Source of the DNA: a virus
Lineage: Duplodnaviria; Caudoviricetes
IMG/VR virus record: IMGVR_UViG_3300033485_000032
Location: 1 to 45,027 of that record
DNA: 45,027 nucleotides
Direction: 5' to 3' (one strand)
Of this stretch, positions 33,491 through 42,399 are shown piece after piece; the first letter of the stretch is position 1, and each line of letters starts with the position of its first letter. The notes below the pieces were generated by a model. The model had not been told where the DNA came from, did not search any database, and saw only the letters and a list, made by a program, of their open reading frames with translations. Made by a program: the position numbers and the translations under genes.

Positions 33491-35146
33491 ATGAGTACAG
33501 TATCCCCATTCGCTGTCGGTGTTCCTTTCGCCGACAATCCGCGCCAGGTTTCAAAGAAACGGCTCGACGCGCTACGCTCCTCCCTGGCCGACCTGGGTGA
33601 ACTGGGCGGCGTGGTTCACGACCTGAACTCTGACCAGATTATCAGCGGCAACCAACACATGCGGGCTATCGGCAAGCGCGGGGTGCGCGTGGAGTTCATT
33701 GACGAGGAGCATGCCCCCGACGCTCAAGGGACCGTCCGGGTCGGCTTTATTACCTGGCCTGGCGGGAGCATCCCCTACCGCCAAGTGCGGTGGGACGCGG
33801 GCACTTGCCAGCGGGCTAACATCGTCGCCAATACCGACGCCGGGTTCTGGAATTGGGACGCTCTGGCCGGGTGGGACGCCGAGCAGTTGCAGGAATGGGG
33901 ATTGGACGCCGAGCAGTTGACCGCGTGGAATAACGACGCGGCGAACCTGGGGGCGTTGCTGGCCGCTGAGGGACAAGGTGAGGATGGGAGCGAGACGGGC
34001 GCGGATGACGATGCGCCTGTTGACCGCGCTGAGGAGTTGCAAGAAAAGTGGGCGGTGCGGGTCGGCGACCTGTGGCGCATCGGGGAGCACGTCCTTATAT
34101 GTGGAGATTGCAGGGAGCAAGAGACCTGGGAGCGGTTGCTCGGTGTGGCCGGCGTGGGGAAGGTGAACGGTGTGTTTACCAGTCCACCCTATGCCGAGCA
34201 GCGCAAGGAGCAGTATGGCGGCGTCCCTGTGGAAAAGTACGTCGAGTGGTGGAACGCGGTGCAGAGTTGCGTGAGGGGAAACCTGGCAGCCGATGGTAGC
34301 TTTTTCGTGAATATCAAGCCGCATTGCGAAAACGGGCAGCGCGTGCTTTACGTCTTTGACCTGGTGTTGGCAATGGCGAGGGAGTGGGGATGGAGGTTCG
34401 TAGATGAATTGTGTTGGAAAAATCCGGGAGTACCTGGGGAGTGGGAAAATAGGTTTAAGGATGGATTTGAACCAGTGTATCATTTTTCAATAGAACCACC
34501 TGAATGGTGGAGACCTATTTATGAGTATATGCTGGGAGAGGTAAATAAAGTTGGGTGGGGACCACAAGATATTATAGAAATGTGTGGCGTTGGTATGTTT
34601 GGTCATTGGTTTACAGAATCACAATTTCAGATACCAACAGAGAGTCACTATAATAAAATTAAAGAATGCGCAGGTGGGCAGGCATTTTTGATGGAATTTG
34701 ATGATTTATTTAAGTGGAGACAGTCAATAAGGATTTCAACCAAGTTTAGGCCGCATAATGTATCGTATATATCAGACTATTGTGTAAAGGGGCGTGGCGG
34801 GTCCCCTATAACTGCAATTGATGGTCATAGCAAGGTCGCATTAAAACAAATACGCGGAATGTCTTTTCCAGATAATGTGATAGAGACAGGAAATAGCAGT
34901 GCAACAGGACATTCCGCCGCTTTCCCCGTCTCCCTTCCAGACTTTTTCATCCGCGCCTACTCTGACCCTGGTGACTCCTGGTGTGACCCGTTTTCAGGAA
35001 GCGGCACAACCATCGTTGCAGCGCACAAGAACAACCGGCGCGGACTGGGCATAGAACTCTTGCCGAAATACTGCGCCGTCACGCTAGAGCGCATGGCGAC
35101 GGCCTTCCCGGACTTGACGATTGAGCGGGTAGGAGCTGAGGATTGA
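33491..35146 (+). CDS. ParB-like N-terminal domain fused to DNA N4/N6 methyltransferase
   Basis: NPRQ...LRSSL..LG...IISGNQ (ParB-like), GDLW.IGEH.LICGDC, TSPPY, HSAAFP and DPFSGSGTT; typical pre-terminase position. Confidence 0.9.
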   Translation: MSTVSPFAVGVPFADNPRQVSKKRLDALRSSLADLGELGGVVHDLNSDQIISGNQHMRAIGKRGVRVEFIDEEHAPDAQGTVRVGFITWPGGSIPYRQVRWDAGTCQRANIVANTDAGFWNWDALAGWDAEQLQEWGLDAEQLTAWNNDAANLGALLAAEGQGEDGSETGADDDAPVDRAEELQEKWAVRVGDLWRIGEHVLICGDCREQETWERLLGVAGVGKVNGVFTSPPYAEQRKEQYGGVPVEKYVEWWNAVQSCVRGNLAADGSFFVNIKPHCENGQRVLYVFDLVLAMAREWGWRFVDELCWKNPGVPGEWENRFKDGFEPVYHFSIEPPEWWRPIYEYMLGEVNKVGWGPQDIIEMCGVGMFGHWFTESQFQIPTESHYNKIKECAGGQAFLMEFDDLFKWRQSIRISTKFRPHNVSYISDYCVKGRGGSPITAIDGHSKVALKQIRGMSFPDNVIETGNSSATGHSAAFPVSLPDFFIRAYSDPGDSWCDPFSGSGTTIVAAHKNNRRGLGIELLPKYCAVTLERMATAFPDLTIERVGAED

Positions 35147-35147
35147 A

Positions 35148-35597
35148 ATGGCCGACAGTAATACAGTCGAAAACAGTACAAAGCCAAAGCGCAAGGGGCA
35201 ATTCGAGAAGGGGGACGCCCGAATCAACCGGGGAGGTCGCCCAAAGTCTTTTGACGCCCTGCGCAAGCTGGCGCAGGGTGTGGCCTGTGAGATTGCCATT
35301 GACCCCAAGACGAAAGGTCCGCTTACCATCAAGACGCTTGTACTCGTGAACGGCGAGGTCGATGAGCGCGAGCACATCCTGACGGTCGGCGAGGCGATTC
35401 TGCGCAGTTGGGCGCACGATCCAAAGCGGCAAATTCCGTTCATTGAAACGGCCTACGGCAAGGTCCCTCTAAGTGTTGGCGTGGGAGGACAGGTCGAGCA
35501 CGTCCACCGACTCATAATTGTCGAGGAAAATGCAAACGATTCAGCACGATCACCTGATAGTGTTGAGGACACCGACACCGGCGCAGAAGCTGATTGA
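35148..35597 (+). CDS. Terminase small subunit
   Basis: GQFEKGD.RIN.GGRPK N-terminal motif; immediately upstream of the large subunit. Confidence 0.75.
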   Translation: MADSNTVENSTKPKRKGQFEKGDARINRGGRPKSFDALRKLAQGVACEIAIDPKTKGPLTIKTLVLVNGEVDEREHILTVGEAILRSWAHDPKRQIPFIETAYGKVPLSVGVGGQVEHVHRLIIVEENANDSARSPDSVEDTDTGAEAD

Positions 35598-36813
35598 GGA
35601 TTCAACAGCGAAGCGGATAATCATTCGCGCCGGTCGCCGGTTTGGAAAGACGACTATGGCGGCCCGCAGAGCGGTTAAGGTTTTCGTTCGCGGAGGGCGT
35701 GTCACTTACGCCGCCCCGACGAGGAGGCAGGTTAAAAAGTTCTGGCGGGAGGTCTGCCGCGCCCTCAAAGTTCCTATCAAGAATGGGGTGTTCTGCAAGA
35801 ACGAATCACCGGACAAGGTTATCTTCTTGCCGGACACGGATCAGGCTATAACGGCTCTCACCGCATGGGACGCGGATACCCTGCGGGGAGACTGGGCCGA
35901 CTTTCTGATACTGGACGAGTTTCAGTTGATGCACGAGAGCGCATGGAATGAGGTCGGCGCTCCGATGCTCACGGACACGGATGGAGTTGCATGGTTCATT
36001 TACACGCCACCGAGCTTGCGGACAGTGGCAGCAAAGAGCAGGTCGAAAGACCCCCGGCACGCCTCCAAGCTATACAAAAAGGCAGAGAGTAAGGCGGATG
36101 GGGGAAGGTGGGCTGCTTTCACGTTCACGAGCCACGATAACCCCACCTTGTCGAGTGTAGCTCTGGCGGAAATATCAGAGGACATGACCGAGGTTGCCTA
36201 TAGGCAGGAGATTCTCGCCGAGGATGTTGACGAGAATCCAAACGCCCTATTCCACCGCCAGTGGATCGAGGACGCCAGGATGGTGCAGCCAGACCGTGAC
36301 CTGGTGCGCATCGTCGCAGCGGTAGATCCGCCGGGGGGAAGCGAGACAGAGTGCGGTATAACGGCGGTTGGAATTTCCGCCGGCAGCGTCCCCCACTATT
36401 TCGTCTTGGCCGACAACTCCCTGGCGGGTAGCTCGGACGAGTGGGGGAGGGTGGTAGCGACTACATACCACGCCTGGGGAGCTAACTTCGCGGTCGCTGA
36501 GGGGAACTATGGCGGGGACATGGTGCGGGGGACGATCCACACCATAGACCCCGACATCCCGGTGCAGATCGTTCACGCCAGCCTGGGAAAAGCAGCGCGG
36601 GCGGAGCCAGCGGCGGCGCTTACTCAGCAGGGCCGCGTCCATTTCGTGGGGTCGTTTCCCCGGCTGGAGGACGAGCTTTGCCAGTGGCAGCCCGGGTACC
36701 CGTCGCCCAACAGATTGGATTCTTTCGTGTGGGCGGTTGAGGCGCTACGGGGAAAGACGAGAGGGAAGATCACGGTTGGTAATTCTCCGCTGGATAGGAG
36801 AGAGGAGGACTAA
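35530..36813 (+). CDS. terL: Terminase large subunit
   Basis: RAGRRFGKT Walker A, LRG...LILDE Walker B, YTP coupling motif, nuclease AVDP...ETE.GI and SPNRLDS.VWA. Confidence 0.95.
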   Translation: MQTIQHDHLIVLRTPTPAQKLIEDSTAKRIIIRAGRRFGKTTMAARRAVKVFVRGGRVTYAAPTRRQVKKFWREVCRALKVPIKNGVFCKNESPDKVIFLPDTDQAITALTAWDADTLRGDWADFLILDEFQLMHESAWNEVGAPMLTDTDGVAWFIYTPPSLRTVAAKSRSKDPRHASKLYKKAESKADGGRWAAFTFTSHDNPTLSSVALAEISEDMTEVAYRQEILAEDVDENPNALFHRQWIEDARMVQPDRDLVRIVAAVDPPGGSETECGITAVGISAGSVPHYFVLADNSLAGSSDEWGRVVATTYHAWGANFAVAEGNYGGDMVRGTIHTIDPDIPVQIVHASLGKAARAEPAAALTQQGRVHFVGSFPRLEDELCQWQPGYPSPNRLDSFVWAVEALRGKTRGKITVGNSPLDRREED

Positions 36814-38438
36814 TGGGGTTAGCAGGGAAACTATACGCCGCTGCGATGGCAGGAGCATCGGCGTTCCGCAAGACGATGATGGCGACGGCGAACACGTCAG
36901 ACCCGCTGGACTTCGATAGCCCGGATGGTCGCGCTGGCCGCTACGCGGTTTTGTGGGGGCTGTTGGAGGGGACGGCATACGACAAAGACATGTGGGCTGC
37001 TATGCGCACCTACTTGGGACAATACGGGCTGTACAAGTTTGCCCGCCCAATCAAAAACCCCGCCGCGCGCCTGGTTCACTTCTACAGGGACCACCTGTGG
37101 GGCGGCCCCCTCGACCCCGATGCTGGTGACGGGTCCGGCAAGCCGTCCGCCCTGCCAATCGTTCTCGGGGATGGGGCAAAGGACACCTTGCGACCGGCGA
37201 TTGCTCAGGTGTGGGAGTGGTCAAACTGGGGGGTGAAGAAAGACCAATTCTCCATGCTCGTTTCCGCCCTCGGCGACTGCGCCATTCGGGTGAGGGACGA
37301 CGTGGCGCGGGGGCAGGTCTATTTGGAGGTCATGCACCCCGCCTTACTGCACGACGTTCGTCTGGACCGCCGGGGGTTCGTCAAGTTCGCAGACATCCGC
37401 GAGGTCCGCGACGACCCGACCGACCCAAACAGAACCGCCGTTTACAAGGAGACGATGGAGCGCGGGGACGGCGACACGGTTTTCTTTCGGACGTTCAAGG
37501 ACGACAGCCCATACAAGTGGCCGGACGCGCCACAGGGGGAGGACGTTGGGGCAGAGTGGCAGGAGCGGTACGGGTTTATCCCTCTGGTGTTGGGGCACTT
37601 TACCGAAGTTGGGGGGCCGTGGGGATGGTCCGTGTTTCACGAATCGCTGGCAAAATTCAGGGAGGTTGACTCGCAGGCTTCCTTGTTGAGTGACCAGGTG
37701 CAAAACATAGTCCAGCAGACATGGATGTTTACGGGAGTTAGCGGCGAGGATGAGCTTGTTCTGAAAAAGCCATTATCCTCCGATGGTAAAAACCCACAGC
37801 GGGCGCGCGAGGCCTTTTCCACTATCTATGCCCCGGATGGGGCGACGGCCATACCGCTCATGTTTCCCCTCGACATTGCCGCCGCTCTTGCCCACGTCGA
37901 AAAATTGACCGAGGGCCTTGAGGACGATTTTCCTGAGTTGGGTTATGACAGGCTGCGCCTGTTGGGGACTATCAGCGGGCAGGCCATGCTCGTGGCCCGC
38001 CAGCCTGCCGAATCAAGGGTCAAGGCAGTCCGGGCAGGTGTTGACAAGGTTCTCGTCAGCGCCCAACAGATGGCCGTCGCAATCGGCGGGTACAGGAGTT
38101 ACGTCGGTTTCGAGGGGTACGACTTGGGTAGTTTCGGACGCGGGGAATTGAGCCACGAGATCGGAGACCGCCCGGTATTCGAGGTTGAACCCGCTGAACA
38201 GGCTGAGATCGACAGCTTGTTTTGGAAGGCTGGTCAAGAGGCGATAAAGTTTGGAACGTCCGCGCAGTTCTACTTGGAAGAGGCGGGGTGGGACGAGGAG
38301 CGTATAGCGCGGGCTGTCGCCGGGGAGGAGGCGGAAGGTCGGCGCGCTGCGCTCGATTTGGCCCGCCGCACTCTTGGGGTGACGCCACGGGAGGAGCTTG
38401 TTGAGCAGGGCGAGGAATCAGAGCGGGGGGAGGAGTAG
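36813..38438 (+). CDS. Portal protein
   Basis: 541 aa directly after terL; YGFIPLV and SGQAM motifs resemble SPP1-type portals. Confidence 0.85.
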   Translation: MGLAGKLYAAAMAGASAFRKTMMATANTSDPLDFDSPDGRAGRYAVLWGLLEGTAYDKDMWAAMRTYLGQYGLYKFARPIKNPAARLVHFYRDHLWGGPLDPDAGDGSGKPSALPIVLGDGAKDTLRPAIAQVWEWSNWGVKKDQFSMLVSALGDCAIRVRDDVARGQVYLEVMHPALLHDVRLDRRGFVKFADIREVRDDPTDPNRTAVYKETMERGDGDTVFFRTFKDDSPYKWPDAPQGEDVGAEWQERYGFIPLVLGHFTEVGGPWGWSVFHESLAKFREVDSQASLLSDQVQNIVQQTWMFTGVSGEDELVLKKPLSSDGKNPQRAREAFSTIYAPDGATAIPLMFPLDIAAALAHVEKLTEGLEDDFPELGYDRLRLLGTISGQAMLVARQPAESRVKAVRAGVDKVLVSAQQMAVAIGGYRSYVGFEGYDLGSFGRGELSHEIGDRPVFEVEPAEQAEIDSLFWKAGQEAIKFGTSAQFYLEEAGWDEERIARAVAGEEAEGRRAALDLARRTLGVTPREELVEQGEESERGEE

Positions 38439-39422
38439 GTGGCTACCAGTTCCCGCGCAAACTCCGTGCGGGCCTCTCGCCGGACAACCGCTGGCCTAGC
38501 CCGCATATTCGCGCAGGTAGGGGTAGCCGGCCACGTCCGGGGGGACATTCCTGCCGCGTACAGGACTGCCCGCGCCGCAATGCGCCAGGCTTTGCGGAAG
38601 CCACCCATTACCAGAAGGCAGTCCGCAGCCGAAGTGATGCGCACCCTACAGGGGGCGGTGTCGAGCGCGGTTGTGGAATCTCTCAACAGTTCCGCCGCTC
38701 TTGGGATTTCCCAGGCCGAGGCCGAGACCGGGGTGTGGGGACTTCCTTTCCGGTCCCAGTCTTTACAGGTCGCTCCTGCCCAAGCAGCGATCATGGCAAG
38801 GGTTGCCGAGCAAGCAGCGTCTGTTGACGCTACCCTGGCCCTGGCCGGTTGGGGGGCAGGGGACAGTATTCTCGGCGATGGAGAATCTACGCTCGGCGTC
38901 TTGCAGCCCGCCCCCCTGCTTCCAGGTGTGGCGTTCTGGATCGCCGAGATCGCGGGGCTTGCTTTCACCGCCAGCATGTTGGCCTCTACAGCGGGAACGG
39001 GGCAGGAGTGGTACAAGCAGGCAGTGGCTTCGGTTGATAACAGGACTACCGACTGTTGCCTGAAGGTGAATGGTCAGACCGTTCCCATCGAGGCGGACTT
39101 CCTGTTGACCGGTGAGCCGCGTTTCGCCGATAGCATGCCCTGGCCGCCGTTCCACTGGTATTGCCGGACTTCTGGCGTTGCTGTTCCGGTAGATTTCATT
39201 GCCGACGACTTGACGGACAAGTTGCTCGCGCAGTCTCGCGCAGAGTTGGACAAGCGGGGGGTGTTGCGTGCTGAGGAGGCGCAGATTGTCGCCTCGCTTC
39301 TGAGGGAAGGGGCTGCGCCGGACGCCAAGCTGAGGAAAGACGACTCGGACTCCGTGCGCAAGATGCGGGCGCGGCTTGGGCAGATTCGACGGACTATCAG
39401 TGGGTCAGGAGGGGGATCATGA
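38439..39422 (+). CDS. Minor head protein (Mu gpF / SPP1 gp7-like)
   Basis: DNRTTDCC..VNGQ...PPFHWYCRT signature; follows the portal. Confidence 0.85.
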   Translation: MATSSRANSVRASRRTTAGLARIFAQVGVAGHVRGDIPAAYRTARAAMRQALRKPPITRRQSAAEVMRTLQGAVSSAVVESLNSSAALGISQAEAETGVWGLPFRSQSLQVAPAQAAIMARVAEQAASVDATLALAGWGAGDSILGDGESTLGVLQPAPLLPGVAFWIAEIAGLAFTASMLASTAGTGQEWYKQAVASVDNRTTDCCLKVNGQTVPIEADFLLTGEPRFADSMPWPPFHWYCRTSGVAVPVDFIADDLTDKLLAQSRAELDKRGVLRAEEAQIVASLLREGAAPDAKLRKDDSDSVRKMRARLGQIRRTISGSGGGS

Positions 39423-39480
39423 AAGTTACAGATACCGTCATCCTTGCGGGGGGAACACCATGACCGTCACAAATTCCCTA

Positions 39481-39509
39481 TTGACAACGGTCGCAAGTCA
39501 TGATACAAT
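39481..39509 (+). promoter_or_regulatory. Sigma70 promoter upstream of the tRNA cluster and capsid genes
   Basis: TTGACA-17 nt-TACAAT with extended -10 TG. Confidence 0.7.
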
Positions 39510-39743
39510 ACCAGTACCGAGCGACCTTTCGCCCGACATTGTAGCCATTGCCAGGCGGTTGCAGGCTCTTGCCCCCGGCGTCCACTTGCTGGCAGTGATA
39601 CGAAGCGCCGACGGGTGGGCCTGGGCAGAGTTGGGAGCGGGTCCGGTCGAGGGGAGGAAAAGGAGCAAAGCGTGAGACCGACAGACGCAATGAGGGCAGG
39701 AAATAATTGATATAACAAAATTTGGTAGAGGGTATAAAGGCAA

Positions 39744-39814
39744 GGGGCGGTAGCTCAAAGGGAGAGCAACCGGTTTGCACCCGGTAGATGTGGGTTCGAG
39801 TCCCACCCATTCCA
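39744..39814 (+). tRNA. tRNA-Ala(TGC)
   Basis: Full cloverleaf; anticodon arm ACCGG TT TGC AC CCGGT; G3:U70 and A73 Ala identity elements; one C:A mismatch in the acceptor stem; no encoded CCA. Confidence 0.85.
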
Positions 39815-39824
39815 CTAAGCACGA

Positions 39825-39907
39825 TGGGATTAAGGTCTAACGGTTGTGGCACCTATTGATTAGGTTCGGATAGGAGATAAGTGGTTCGACTCCACTTAAC
39901 CACGCCA
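39825..39907 (+). tRNA. Degenerate tRNA-like element
   Basis: Perfect T arm AAGTGG TTCGACT CCACTT and a 3' NCCA end; elongated CCTAT...ATAGG arm; poor acceptor pairing; 5' end approximate. Confidence 0.5.
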
Positions 39908-39938
39908 TACCACCATAGGTTTTTAATGGGGCCGACAA

Positions 39939-40014
39939 GGGGCGGCGATAGTGTAACGGAGCACAGCGGATGAAAAAGGCCGCCGGAGGTGGCGTCCACC
40001 ACCAGACCGCCCCA
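39939..40014 (+). tRNA. Degenerate tRNA-like element
   Basis: GGGGCGG/CCGCCCC closing stem, D arm GTGT AACGGA GCAC, GCGG-10 nt loop-CCGC, and GGTGG/CCACC stem with a non-canonical loop. Confidence 0.5.
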
Positions 40015-40067
40015 CTTAACTGAATAGCACACCCGCCAACAGCGGGCGGGCCTCTGGAACGGAGACA

Positions 40068-40113
40068 CACGGGGCCGCATTCTCTGAGAGGAGAGTGCGG
40101 CCCCGTTCTGTTT
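40068..40113 (+). terminator. Strong hairpin / probable intrinsic terminator after the tRNA cluster
   Basis: acggggccgcattctc-tgagag-gagagtgcggccccgt followed by tctgttt. Confidence 0.6.
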
Positions 40114-40180
40114 GCTGGTACGCCAGCAGAAGTTATACACGCCCGACGGGGCGGAAAAATTCACGGGGAGGTAAAGCAAG

Positions 40181-40792
40181 ATGGCAGATGAAACCGCGAA
40201 AGCGGCAGATCAGGTGCAAGAGCCGGTAGAGGAAACGGTAGACGCCACCGACGGCGGGCAGGAAAAACCAACGACCGGCGTGACGTTTTCACCAGAGCAG
40301 CAAGAAACCTTTGACCGGGTGTTGGCAGACCGGCTGAAGCGTGCGCGGGCCAAGTGGGAGCAGGATCAACAGGACGCCCTCGCCAAGAAAGAGGCCGCCG
40401 CCGAAGAGCAGCGCCTCAAGGATCAGCAGGCGTTCAAAGAGCTTTCGGAGAAGCAAGCCGAGCAGATCACCGCCCTGCAAGCGCAGATCGAGGAGCATCG
40501 TCAGCGGGTGGTGGAGGCTGCTATCCAGGCCGCTATCCGGGAAGCCGCCGACAAGTGCAAGATGCACAGTTGGCGCGACGCATACCGGCCAGAGGTCATC
40601 AGCGCGTGCTCCCACGACCCAGAAACCGGGGAAGTGACGGGGGCGCTGGAGGCTGTGCAGGATCTGGTGAAGGACAACAAGCACCTGGTCAAGCCGGAGG
40701 CCGGCCCAGGCACGTCAACCGGTGGTGTAAACGGGAGACCGATTCCCGCCGGGGCAACGACTGGCAGCCAGCCAACCGGCGTCAGGATGTAA
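40181..40792 (+). CDS. Capsid scaffolding protein
   Basis: Acidic N-terminus, TFSPEQ..FDR.LADRL.R, long coiled coil and HLVK tail; upstream of the capsid genes. Confidence 0.85.
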   Translation: MADETAKAADQVQEPVEETVDATDGGQEKPTTGVTFSPEQQETFDRVLADRLKRARAKWEQDQQDALAKKEAAAEEQRLKDQQAFKELSEKQAEQITALQAQIEEHRQRVVEAAIQAAIREAADKCKMHSWRDAYRPEVISACSHDPETGEVTGALEAVQDLVKDNKHLVKPEAGPGTSTGGVNGRPIPAGATTGSQPTGVRM

Positions 40793-40804
40793 AAGGAGTA
40801 ACAG

Positions 40805-41242
40805 ATGGCAGACATTGACGTTACCCCGGAAAAAGTAGGCGCATGGTCTGACAAGCGCCAGGACATTTTCTCGGGGCTGGCGGGTGGTGAAATCACCCAG
40901 GGATATTTCGTGGCCTTCGACGGGACAAGCGGAAAGCTCGTTCTGGCGGACGCCACGACCACCAACGGGCTGTACGACTCCGTCGGCATGGCGCTGAACT
41001 CTACCCTCGAAAACCAGGCCGTTGACTATGTGGCCCCGGGGATCGTTGACGGTGGCTTCGACCTGTCGGGCCTTGACTATGGCGCGCGGGTCTACCTGAG
41101 CATGACGCCGGGCCGCATTGCCGACGCTCCCCCAGGTGTGGGTGGGACTGAGGTCATCGTGGGGCATGTCATCGGCCTCAGCGACCGGAGCATCGCGGAC
41201 GGGAAACCGACCAAAGCTCTGAAACTGGTACAGGTGGTGTGA
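40805..41242 (+). CDS. Capsid decoration/cement protein
   Basis: AGGEITQG..V...G...LADA...GMAL and GARVYLS.TPG.I are DUF2190-like motifs; between scaffold and capsid. Confidence 0.7.
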   Translation: MADIDVTPEKVGAWSDKRQDIFSGLAGGEITQGYFVAFDGTSGKLVLADATTTNGLYDSVGMALNSTLENQAVDYVAPGIVDGGFDLSGLDYGARVYLSMTPGRIADAPPGVGGTEVIVGHVIGLSDRSIADGKPTKALKLVQVV

Positions 41243-41243
41243 C

Positions 41244-42350
41244 ATGAGCGTAATCTATGGCATGCTCGGACTGAATGAGGCAACCGACGCCTCTATCTAC
41301 GTCGGAAGGATCGGGGAGGATCGCGTGTACGATGCGGTCAATCGCTACTATGCAATGGTCGAGGCAGACGTAGCGGGTCAGGTCAGCGCGTTCGTCAATC
41401 CCGCGCCCACGACGATGTGGAGCGAGGTCATGAAGCTGCCCGGAAGCGGACGCCTGCAACGTCTCGGCCCAAAGAGCGAGCCGGGCGACGTGAAAGCGCA
41501 CGGAGGGTACAACGTCCAGTACCCCCTGGAGGACTTTGGGGCGAAATACGGCCTCGACCGGGTTGCGGAAGGGTACATGACTATGGAAGAACTCGACCGC
41601 CACGTCCGCACCGTCATCTCGATGGACGCCGAGACGGTCCGGTACGAGATTCTATACGCCCTGCTGCACAAAGGCGGGCGCACGTTCCACGACTCAATTC
41701 AGAGCGAGGACTTGACGATCAAATCCCTGGCCGACGGCGACGCGGACACCTACCCGCCCATCATGGGGCAGTTCGTGGACCTTACCGGACACGATCACTA
41801 CATGGTTAGCGGATTCGTCACCTCCGACATTGACGACACCAACAACCCGTTCCCCACAATCGTTGACGAGTTGGAGCACCACTTTGGGTCCCCTACGGGC
41901 GGTTCGGACATCATCGTCTTTATGCCCCACAACGCGGTAAAGTACGTCCGCGATCTCAAGGACTTTGACGAAGTTTCCGACCGCTTTGTCCAGCCGGGGA
42001 CGCAAACAGCCGTGCCGCTTCCTGCGGGATTCCCCCGCAACATCCCATCCACTGCCAAGATTCATGGGCGTGTCGGCGGGGCGTGGGCCGTCGAGTGGCG
42101 GTACCTGCCCGACGATTACTGGATCACCGTGCATGGGGCAGAGGATCAGCCCCTCAAGAGGCGCGTTGACCCGGTAGAGACCGGCCTACCGTCCGCACTG
42201 ACCCTGGTAGCGAACAACACAGCGTACCCGTTGCGGAACGCGGTATACTCGCACCGGTTCGGGATCGGTACGCGAATGCGCTTGAACGGCGTGGTGATGC
42301 AGTTCAAGGCTTCCGGGACCTACGACATCCCCGCCGGGTACACCGAGTAA
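41244..42350 (+). CDS. Major capsid protein
   Basis: 368 aa in canonical position; C-terminal RFGIG..R.NGVV...G.Y.IP. Confidence 0.85.
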   Translation: MSVIYGMLGLNEATDASIYVGRIGEDRVYDAVNRYYAMVEADVAGQVSAFVNPAPTTMWSEVMKLPGSGRLQRLGPKSEPGDVKAHGGYNVQYPLEDFGAKYGLDRVAEGYMTMEELDRHVRTVISMDAETVRYEILYALLHKGGRTFHDSIQSEDLTIKSLADGDADTYPPIMGQFVDLTGHDHYMVSGFVTSDIDDTNNPFPTIVDELEHHFGSPTGGSDIIVFMPHNAVKYVRDLKDFDEVSDRFVQPGTQTAVPLPAGFPRNIPSTAKIHGRVGGAWAVEWRYLPDDYWITVHGAEDQPLKRRVDPVETGLPSALTLVANNTAYPLRNAVYSHRFGIGTRMRLNGVVMQFKASGTYDIPAGYTE

Positions 42351-42399
42351 ATAGTGGGCGGGGATTGCAAGCAGTCCCCGCCCGCCAAAAGGAGGAGAC

